Below, one piece after another: positions 1 to 10,200 of a DNA stretch of 64,000 nt. The notes beneath the pieces were generated by a model, which did no database searches, was not told the origin of the DNA, and worked only from the letters and a program-made list of their open reading frames with translations. The position numbers were made by a program, and so were the translations under genes. Each line of letters starts with the position of its first letter. Position 1 is the stretch's first letter. Location of the stretch: contig CM074816.1 in the NCBI GenBank assembly GCA_037447605.1, positions 1,950,525-2,014,524 of the forward strand. The letters are read 5' to 3'. The DNA comes from Zygnema circumcarinatum SAG 698-1b (lineage: Eukaryota; Plantae; Zygnematophyceae).

Positions 1-263
1 GTAAGAGCCAAAATCCAAACGAACAGTTTTCGAAGTGAAGTAAATCTCGAAAATCAAATGTCAAAATCTGACACTACCTCCTGTTTTGCGCACTTCATCA
101 TGCATCGCAAGGATTGTCAAAGGGAGCCATTTCGCAGATTTCAAGGTGTGCCTTGATACGAAGCGAAATGTACAAACTGCAAACAGCAATCGCTTTTCTT
201 ATTAGTTCTTTTATCTTTGCTTGGGACTATATCCACCTTGAACCGCAGTCATATATTAGAAGT

Positions 264-354
264 GATGTGGCGTTGATCTCACGATGGCGATGCCATCAAA
301 TGTACATGGACAAAATCATCACAGGGAACCACGAGGTACTGGCCGCAAATGACC
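264..354 (+). repeat. Dispersed ~92-bp repeat, copy 1 (copy 2 is inverted at 32377-32470)
   Basis: GATGTGGCGTTGATCTCACGATGGCGATGCCATCAAATGTACATGGA.. aligns to the reverse complement of 32377-32470 with scattered mismatches and one 3-nt indel. Confidence 0.85.
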
Positions 355-860
355 TAGACAAAAGAAAAAACCTAGGAGCTGACAGCCTACAGCTATGCCT
401 AGGCTTAACAACGCAGCCCTCCCTAGAAGCAGCCGCGAAAGTCGCCGATGGAGGACACATCGCGCGGAGGGAGGGAGGGAGGGAGGGAGGGAGGGAGGGA
501 TCGCCGGAAGTCCAAAAAAAACCATAAAAACAAACTAGTCGGCCGCGTCATGGTGGGCATACAGTATGTGCGCTCCTTGCGGAAGGCCGCATCACAAGCA
601 GCGACACCTTCATGGTGCGTTACACGCGACGATAAATCGCAGCAGTCATACTTTTATTCTTACTTGCGCATGTACAAAAACTTATGATCGGTAATAGGAG
701 GCAGTACTTTACGAAACCGATTTGATGTCGTCTCAGAATAGAATCTTTATTTTCCCTATCGGCTAAAACTTCTTCCTTATGCATGCTGGTCTTTTATCAG
801 CCATCATCCTCCAATCCACTCCCTCCTTGAGAAGTAGAAGCGCTTCTGCAGTCCTTCGCT

Positions 861-2103
861 TCACTTCTCCAATCCAAGCCTCTTGTGCCAGTCTGCAATA
901 CTCTCCTTCGGGTACTCGTCAAATTTTTGGTCGTTGGGTCCAAAGCATGGCTCCATCCATACTGGCTTCGAGTTCAACATGATGTGTGTCCTCTCCGGAG
1001 GCACAGGGAGTTCTGTGTCGATTGCCGATGCATGGGGATGCACGAGTTCAGGCCAGCGGGGGTCATAGAGCCAGAGGGGAGAGCCACATAGTTTGCAGAA
1101 GTTGCGCTGTGCCGGACTAACCTGCACATCCAAGTTTTCCATCCTTGAAAGCGTTTACATCATTGTGGTGAAAAAAAGGAGAAAATGGTATACTTGCTCA
1201 TTTTGACGTGTGTGAGGATACCCAAGGGAAGCCCTGAAGACAATTGATTACCGCGGAATTTTAGCCAGACCATCGTAAATAATCAGGTATTCGAGAAAGA
1301 GAGGAAGGGAAAGGGGAAGGAAAATGAATCGAGGACAGGCGGGGAGAGAAAAGGAGAGAGAGCGGGGGAGAGATATAGAGACAAAACAGTGGAAAAGAAC
1401 AGAATCATGTAATACAATCAAAGCTTTACCGTAATTGTTACAGCACGTACCACTTTTGATTTTCCATTTGTGGATTTTTTCAAAACGGCATTATAGACTC
1501 CCAGATTCTCCTTGCCATGGATCGTCATGCTGTTGTAGTCACCTGCAATGTTGATGACAACTCCTCCGGCACCGGCTGTCTTGCGGCAGATGCCGCAGTA
1601 GCAAAGCTGCATGGAACTCCCTAAAAAACTGTCGGCATGCAACACTGGGTCCGTGACTATACAGCTGCCTACATTCTTCCGTCTGCTAGACACTCAAGGA
1701 ATGCGTTTGGTCCAGCAGAAATTGAAATGCTTTTTGTAATTTTTGAATTCAAGAATGCTTTCGTCAACATATCAATATCGATTAGTGCACATATGATTTT
1801 GAACAATAAAGAGCTGACACCTAAAGAAAAATAGTCACTGTTCCCGTTATCTAGGTTAAAATTCGAAACGTCTCCAGCAAACGGAAAGGAAAAAGAAACG
1901 ATTCCATTACTATTATTATTAGTTACAATTGCGCCTTGCGTCTTCCGAAATTCAAAGACGCAGCCACTCTCTGCAAGATTCCAACCACGTCGCATCTTCC
2001 CCAGCGCTCCTCAGTGAGGGAATCTCACCTGGTAAGGGTAGGGGCGCTTGGACTCGAGTTGAAAGGTCACTTCTCCGCAGTGGCAAGAGCCTTTGAGCAT
2101 CAT
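861..2103 (-). CDS. GFA / Mss4-like (CENP-V family) zinc-binding protein, 3 exons (2103-2029, 1606-1451, 1121-861), ~163 aa
   Basis: The spliced frame reads MMLKGSCHCGEVTF..PYPYQ|LCYCGICRKTAG..|..RNFCKLCGSPLWLYDPRWPELVHPHASAID. It has the CxC, CxCxxC and FCxxCGS motifs of the GFA family, and both introns are phase-0 GT-AG. Confidence 0.88.
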
Positions 2104-2788
2104 CTTGTTCCAATTTTTTAGAAAGAGCTTCCAATCGCAGAGCAGGGACTTGCAATAAGCACCGCGGGCAATCTCCGCAGCAACACCCCCAAGAAAGCGA
2201 GCAATGAAATTTGCACGCTCTCTGTATCTGTCTCTCTCTGTACGCAGTAGGGGGAGGGGCTGAAGTAGAAGCGCCAGACGGCAGTTCCGTACATTTCAGA
2301 TGTTTCTTACCGTACGGCCTCGTACGATACCGTACGACGGAATCCACAAACTACGGAACGGGACTGGGTGAGCATGGAACGGGGCGTGCCCATAGCGCGC
2401 GCCTCCCCGGCCCTGTATTTAGGGTTGCGCTGAACGCTTTTCTTCCCACTGCCCGTCCTCCCTCGCGCTTTCCCTCACCTGCTCTGCGCGCCATCTTGGA
2501 GCTCGGCGTAGAGGGCTCTTCTCCCCTGGGTGCCATACGCCTTGTTTTAGCTCTCTATCAGAGGCAGGTTGTAGCTCTCCTCTAGAGCTCGTTTTTGCTC
2601 TACATTAGCCTTTAAGAGTGGGTCTGAGGGCTGTAGCACCCTTGTAGCCTGGCATTTTCTCCAGGCTTTTGGGTCGTTTTGTGCGCCCTTGTGTCTGAAT
2701 ACTTCAATTGTTAGGCAGTTTATTTGGGAACTGAAGGATTTGGTAGCTGCTCACCAGTGCAGGGGGGGTTCTAGTAGAGGCGGCAGGA
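2104..2788. promoter_or_regulatory. Bidirectional promoter region between the GFA gene (-) and TFIIA-gamma (+)
   Basis: Divergent ATGs lie at 2103 and 2789. There is a CGTACG triplet at 2310-2336 and a telo-box-like TTAGGGTT near 2419. Confidence 0.55.
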
Positions 2789-3546
2789 ATGACGAGCTAT
2801 GAAATCTATCGCAAGTCTACCATTGGCATGAGCCTGACAGACGCTCTGGATGAGCTTGTGACCGCTGGGACTCTCCCGCCGCTTTTGGCTGTGAAGATCT
2901 TGGAGCAGTTTGATAAGGTAAGTGGAAGCACGAGAGAGAGAGCAGACTGATTAAGGAGTGAATTTCTTTTGTAAAAGGGAAATGTGGGGTTGGCTTGGTT
3001 TTTCCAATTGAATGAACGATTGCATCGTTTTTATAGTTGAGGTTAGGTTAAGTCTCTCACTCTGTGACTCGAAAAGTGAACACAGACCAACAAGTAGGTG
3101 GTTTTCCAGCAAGCTTCGTTTTTTTTTGTCTCTCTTTACAACTGATGTTCCGTAGAGCACGGTTTTATTTTCCATTGAGGTTACTGCGGAATTGATCTAT
3201 CGGCGCTTTGTGGCCACTTTTGCAGTCAATGAGTGAAGCGCTGCAGTCGAAAGTGAAGACAAAGTGCAGCTTTAAGGTGCGTGAAAAGAACAGGTTTGAT
3301 GATATTTAAACATTTCTTACTTTTCCATTCCATGACCTGTCTTGAATCCTGAAGGTGAAGTCACATCTCTGCTTCCCTTTGTGTTGTCCTCGTGGCCTTG
3401 TCCAGGGCCACTTGCACTTGTACCGTTTTTGCGACAATGTGTGGACCTTCATTTTGAAGGACGCGCAGTTCAAATCCGACGGAGAAATTCGGGAAGTCGA
3501 TAAGGTGAAAATTGTGGCCTGCGACGCAAAGATCATTGCGCGGTAG
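2789..3546 (+). CDS. TFIIA-S: Transcription initiation factor IIA gamma (small) subunit, 3 exons (2789-2917, 3226-3276, 3406-3546)
   Basis: [27 protein letters not shown]|[17 protein letters not shown]|[29 protein letters not shown] matches the TFIIA-gamma consensus. Splice sites are canonical. Confidence 0.96.
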
Positions 3547-4259
3547 TCCATGTGGCACCAACGCAGGTCCGCTCTGCGGAGAGCGGGGCGAAACCCACGT
3601 GCGAAGTCTGTATGGGGGCTTCGTGGTAGCGAGGAAGGCGTCTGACCAAAAGAGCGTCTGTCTGTGTACAGTGTTGGGAGATGAGTTGAGTTTTTTTTTC
3701 CCCCTAGTTTGCATCGCCCTAGTATTCAAGTCTTTTATATTTCCTTAATATTGGAAAGTCAATTCAATTACATCCCTTGATTACAACAGCCTTAAACCTA
3801 CAAAGGAAGGCTTCCTTCTCACTTGTTGGCATACAAAAAAAGCCAGTTTGCCAGTTTTCAGTTTTTTGAGTTTGTCAAAAGACTGGAAGCAATTGAACTG
3901 GTTGATGATAAACATGGGCTGATACAAGTTTTCCGCTGTCCTGAAATCGCTCTACTGCCAACGGCGCTAGAGACGGGACAGAGAAACAACCTGGGCTTTC
4001 GTTTAATCTGCAAATGCCAGCGACTGGGAGCCACGGGTATTTAGGATTCAGAAGGAAACAAAGACTCGGGAAAAACCACTGATTCTGCCACGACTGCCTA
4101 ACAACCCTCCTAGAGCAAAGCTTCACAAAAAAAAAAAAAAAAAAAAAAATTCGCACACCCTCATGTTGTGCCTCTCCTATCCACTGCCACTTTCTCTGCC
4201 CACTCCCACCCATCTGACCCACTCGCTCATGCCTGTCCTGCCCTCTCTCGCCCTCACTT

Positions 4260-7200
4260 TCATTTCAACGCTTCCAAAACGAGCTGTCGAGAATCTCCAC
4301 ACTCAGAGGGGCGGTGCCAGATAAACGTGTAGCTCAGAGGGCGGTCCATCCGGAACTCCCCAACGGACGAATTGCGGACGGGCTCGTAGCCGGGGAACGC
4401 TTCGCTCGCAAAGGGAGCCACCTCTTGAAGAAAGAAGAAAGCATTTCTCGCCATCCTCTCCACCTGCAGCCCCTCGACGTCCTTCAGCACGTTATTTTAC
4501 TACTATGGGGGTTCAGACTGAAAAAAAGCTGAATATGGATATGGAACTTGTTTTGAAGAAAGTATATTTTGAATTCTCTATTTTACTACGTATATTGCGA
4601 GAAAGAGTGTGCTGATTTCGGATTCCGACAGTGCGAACGTTTTTTCTAAAGTTTCAAACCCCGTATATTACGACGAATAAAGTGAGGTCATAAACTTAGG
4701 GCCGGCGAGGAGGCAAGGGATAGATAGACAATATCGGAACCCTCTTGTTATCCGTCACATTTTCGAGGCAAGGTTCGATTTGAGGAGGGAAAACGGTTCA
4801 AAGCTTCGCCAAAGGAGGTAGGCGTCTACAGACACATAGAACAGTAGAAAAAGAAGTACTGGCTGTATGAGGAAAAAAAATTATGTTTGAAGGAGAAGGT
4901 GTGCTGGAAGAGCTGCACTCACCTTCCACCTAGAGAACTGGTCATTGCATAACGTAAGCACAACTTTCGCCTCCGTGAGTCCCATAAGGAACGGAAGACT
5001 GAGGGACCCAAAGAAGTTCGCAAATAGTCCTTGATGGCCTTCAGAATCTTCGTCGCTGCCCAGGAAGGGAAAATTCCACACCACTTTTCCGACCTTTTTC
5101 CACGGAAGAACAGGAGCCTCCCGAGCTCTGAATACCTTGCCATCTCCTTTTCTCCTCTCACCTTTCCCTCTAACACTACCTTCTGCTCTCACTGCCCGGT
5201 CTAAATAGGCGCCCACCTTTGTGGAGTCGATTCCAAAAAAGACGTGTGCTTTACATGTGCTTCTCAAAACGTTCAGTCGCAAACTCACAACAGGAAACTT
5301 TGCTACGGCAGTCGCTTCCGTATCGTACGAGGTAGCAAGAATCCGGTTCGGTTGGTCAATGACTTTAGCGAGGGCCATAGAAAACGAGAAATCTCCTTCT
5401 CCAAGCAGCAAAATTTGGTGATCGGAGTCTGCGGTGCGGTAAAGCTCACGCAGTCGTTCCATGCCTTGTTCCGTTGCTGTCGTTGAAAGGAACTCCAACG
5501 GTCCATCATCGACAGGTAAATTGGTCCGCATTGCATCCTGCCGAGTGTGCAGGAAGACGCACCTATCACCGTTTCGGCAGCCCTGCAAAAGAGGCCCGTT
5601 CAGCATATATATTCAATTTTATTTTTTATTTAATTCCTCCCCGCTTCAAGGAAGGTCAAGGTCTCCTCAACGATTCACGACCTTTTGCCCGCTTAGCTCT
5701 CCACATAAACATAACTTACATTTTGCATAGAACCCACAAAACTGCAATACATAGCATGAGAATCTTCTAATGAAAGATCGAACCCGTACCTGAGGTGATG
5801 TGAAAAATCTGCAAGTAGGAGTCTTCGTATTTGCACTTCTAGCAGGTTCTGAAGGGCCTGTATGCACGAAATGGCAACTTTCCCCACGAAAACATGATCC
5901 ATTTTGATAGAATATGCAGCTTTTTCCATTTTTATGGAGTTGCTTGCTCTCTTCACCATCTTTGGTTTGAAGTTCTGGAAATTCAGAAGTAGAAAGCTCC
6001 TGCAAAGTGGCCCAGTCTGCAGATGTTGTTCGGCTCCGAGATTCGTCCGAAGTCGTGGATTGGACTGAGAAATTGTGAGTGCCAAAACTTCCGATTCGGC
6101 TGCTTGAGTCAGTTCTACAATTCCTCAAATGTCCCTCTCCATAATGACCTTGAGAAAATGCCAAGTCATTGTCAGTTGAGTTCCTGAGTGAGGACGGGTA
6201 GGGAAAGCCTTCTTCTTGAACTCCATGGCCGTTTCTGTACTCGTGACTGAATCCGTTTTTAGCAACTGTTTCCTGTGGGGAATCCCTGTTCCATGTATCC
6301 TCAGGCGACCTTCCATTACTCGATTCATTCCCGTACTGACTTCCGCCAAACCTCTCTTCCTCCGCTTCACTCGCTTGAGCTTGAGATCTATCTGCACTCC
6401 TCTGTCCATTTTCCAGTGAAGAAAGAAAAGCACGGAACAGATAAGAAAACGGAGTCTCGTGTTCAAGAGATTCAATACGAGGTAAAACATCAAGAAACGA
6501 AAGGGATTCAAACTCTTGCCTACCTCCTGTAGAAGAGACTTCAACTTGGTAAGTGTCCCATCCGAGTGAATAGCCCGCGGATGGACAAAGGGAGTTGAGT
6601 TACACTCCTCCGCAGTTCCGCCATGAGGAGACATAATCGCACTCTCTTCTGACAAGACTAAGCCTTCAGGTCCGAGAGGCACAGGAGTTGATGCGGAAGA
6701 AACTTCGCATTCGTGAAAAGAACCGTTTGCCGTAAAGTACGACGGAGGTCCAAGGTTGTCCTCGAGAAATGCGGGCAGGAAAGTGTGCAAATTCTCTAAG
6801 GTGACATTCACTGACGAACACACGCAATAGCCAGGCAAGAACATGGTGTCAAGCAAGAGAAATTGAAAGGGATCTATCTGCATCGAGGTTATCTATATGT
6901 AATACTGAGGGAGATTGACCTCGCTATGCTCATGGAATAACAACCACCTTTACATCTTTATGACACCCCTCCTTCTCCATCAACCCATCTTCTCGCCATT
7001 CCCATCCCTTTCCCTCTGCTTGCTTCCTTTCTCCTTCTCATCACTATACCTCTAGACTCTCTTGTCTATCCTCTCATCCCCTCTTCCCTCCCTTCCCTCT
7101 CCACCTCAACGCCCACCTTCCAACCCCTCTCCCTCTTACCCGTCTCCCTCTCTCACCTGTCTCCCTCCCCCCCCATCTCCCTCTCACCTGTCTCCCGCCA

Positions 7201-10200
7201 CCCCTACTCCCTCTCACCTGCCTCCTTCCCTTACCCTCCCTCTCACCTGTCTCCCTCCAGCCCCTCTCCCTCTCACCTGTCTCCCTCTCACCTGTCTCCC
7301 TCCCCCCCCATCTCCCTCTCACCTGTCTCCCGCCACCCCTACTCCCTCTCACCTGCCTCCTTCCCTTACCCTCCCTCTCACCTGTCTCCCTCCAGCCCCT
7401 CTCCCTCTCACCTGTCTCCCCTCTCCCTCTCAGCTGTCTCCCCTCTCCCTCTCACCTGTCCCCCTGTCCCCCACCTCCCACACACCTGTCGCCCCCCCAA
7501 ACTCCCACTCACCTGTCTCCCCCCCCTCTCCCTCTCGCCTGTCAACGCCCTCCCTCTCCCTCTCACCTGTCTCCCTCGCCTCCCTCTCCCTCTCACCTGT
7601 CTCCCTCGCCTCCCTCTCCCTCTCACCTGTCTCGTCAATGGCATGCAGCGCTGACTGCAGCAGATGGTGCCGTCTGCACCACTCACTCTCCATCTCCGCT
7701 GATGGCCCTTCCACTGTTCCTCCTGCGGGGCAGAAATCGGCTTCCAGGGGGCCCTCTACCTTCACCCTCTCCGCATAATGCACAATAGCATGGAGCCTCT
7801 CCACATCCTGCAGCTTTCAAAGGTACATTGCTCATCAAAAACTGAATTTGGAGACGCAAAGCATGTATCTCCAAACAATCATACATCAGATCAAGCTGCC
7901 ACAAGGATCTGATAGGGCTCTCCATAGCCCCCATCACACCAAACTCTCGCCCCTCCGCTTCTACAAACAAAGGGCCCATTCTGAGTCCACTGCAAGTAAA
8001 AGAAAAAGCTGACGTTCAGCAGAAGCATAGGATTATGTATGCGTAATGGCCAGCATATATGGAAGGAAACGACTTTTGATTGAACAAAGACAATCAACAA
8101 TCTTCACTGCGCTTCGATAATGCGCAACCAGAAACCAAGAAAACAACAAAAACAAACTTAAGAAAATGCCACGGCTTGCATAACATTCGACAATTCTTAA
8201 AAGAGAATCACCTGAAACCAGGTACGAACCTTGAAAGTTCTCTGCCAAAACTCAAAGGCGAAGAGGTTTGCCAGATAGGCCTTGTCCATTGATGGGTGCG
8301 CCGAATACGACTCGGAAGTATCCTCGTCCGGTGGAGAATAGCTCTCTAAAAACTTTTGGTGCTGCCCACCAATACCCCATCCTCACCAAAAATCCGTCAA
8401 GTTGGGGGGCCAACAACTCACAACCTGCCAAGCTTCTTGAAACAAACCTAAAAAGTGGAACCTCAAACAGGAAAGGAGTAAGGGTACTGACCAGAGAAAC
8501 GGCGCCAAATGGTCGATTAATGGGTAAAGGGGCCGCATCCATGAGAGCAAAAAGGATCAAGCCCTCTCTCAATATGCCCAGCTTTCCACCGCGGATGACC
8601 ATAATAGCTGCTTCCAGTGAGAGAGGGAGAGTGACCAGCAGCCGCCCATATGTAGTTGGGGTATAAATTTGTCGATGATTTTTCTCGGATAACGTAATTG
8701 CATTTATTTGCACGAGGTACGACAGTGCCTTAGCCACAGTGGCTGCTTCAGGCGGGTCCATTACTCTAGAGAATAACACTGCAGAGATAGGATGGACAGG
8801 ACACGAGAGGAGAGGAGAGAGAGACGAGAGGGAGGAAAGGAAGAGCGGAAGAGACAGCAGATCGCGATAGTCAGCAAAAGAAAAGGAGAGGAAGAGATCA
8901 AGGAAACCACGATAGGTTTGAAGTTAAATGCTCCATTCCTCATCCTCCAAACAATCGCCTGGTTTCACTTTATTTCGGTAGATAAGCCCTCGTGAGTAAG
9001 CAATTTTTCCGCTTCAAAAAGAAAGATTAATTTTACTCACAAGATATTTTTCGTTAATGATAATTTCTCCCTGTTGCGGTTGATAAAGGGCGGTAACGAG
9101 GTTAATAATAGTGCTTTTACCAAAACCATTTTCTCCTTGTAAATCATTAATTTGGCCACGGACAAAACTCAAATCAATCACTGAACAGGATGTATAAGTT
9201 GTCCGTGAAAACATATGCATACCTTGGGGATCATTAAGGGCCTTATGCGATGCACATGAAAGCATCAAAACTTGCTTCCGTAGTGATAGCAGCTGCACTG
9301 CTGGGGTTTCATATTTGGCAAATTCCGTGTACGATTTCCGTGGAACTAAACGGTACACCACTCCATCGCAAGTACGACCGGTACGGCCCTTCCTCTGGTC
9401 TGCCTGGAGATCTCAGAAAATGGTCAACAATGGAAGGTAAAGACCAATACGAATGCAGCTAAGAGGGACAACTGCTTTCACTCTCCCTCCCCTTTCCTCT
9501 CCTCCCCTACCTTCAACGCACTCTCCTTTTTTCTCCTTTCATGGTCCTGCCCCGTCTTCCCTCGCTCCACACGCTCTACCTTCGTCCCCTCCCTCCTTCT
9601 CCCTCCTTTCCTCCCCCCCTCTTTTCTTTTTATCTTCCCTCCTCCCTCTCTCCCCTTCCTCACTTCAGCCTCAGCCTTTCCTTCTTGTTTCCATCCCCAG
9701 TCAAATCCCACCTCTCTCCTCTCCAATCCCGTCCTCCTTCCCACATTCTCCCCTCCATCCTCTCCTCCATCCTCCCCTTCATCAACATCTCCCTTCTTTA
9801 TGGCCCACCTGTGACTGTGACACCCAAACAATTCGAGGCATGTGGCGGTTCTCTGTCGTCAGCCAACAGAGTTCAAGATTACGGCAGAGGTCCACTACGA
9901 AGCTGACACCTGGCATTGTCACAGATGACTCGGCAATATTTGTCGCCAATACGACCTGCACTCTCCCCCTCCGCCGAAAAATGAAAGGAGCTTCCAACTC
10001 ATCTAAATTACCAACACAGGCAACTTTCTCTCCACTAACATTCTAACAAATCGACATCAAAGAGTTAGAATGCAGAACAATTTTACTCTAGTTTCCGTTC
10101 TTCCTGCTTCAATCAGGTTCACTATAACCCTCCATTCTGCTGAAGAAATGGAGCCCTAAGCCCCTAGAAACCCGAAAAGCCTAACATCCTAATATTCACA

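Noticed and set aside
7140-7630. Repeat array superficially like CRISPR
   Set aside because: It is low-complexity, lacks unique constant-length spacers and cas genes, and lies in a eukaryotic intron.
9014-9361. ORF that looks like a helicase-ABC fusion
   Set aside because: It is a DExH8 exon read through the donor at 9222 into the intronic ABC fragment. The spliced frame continues at 8778.
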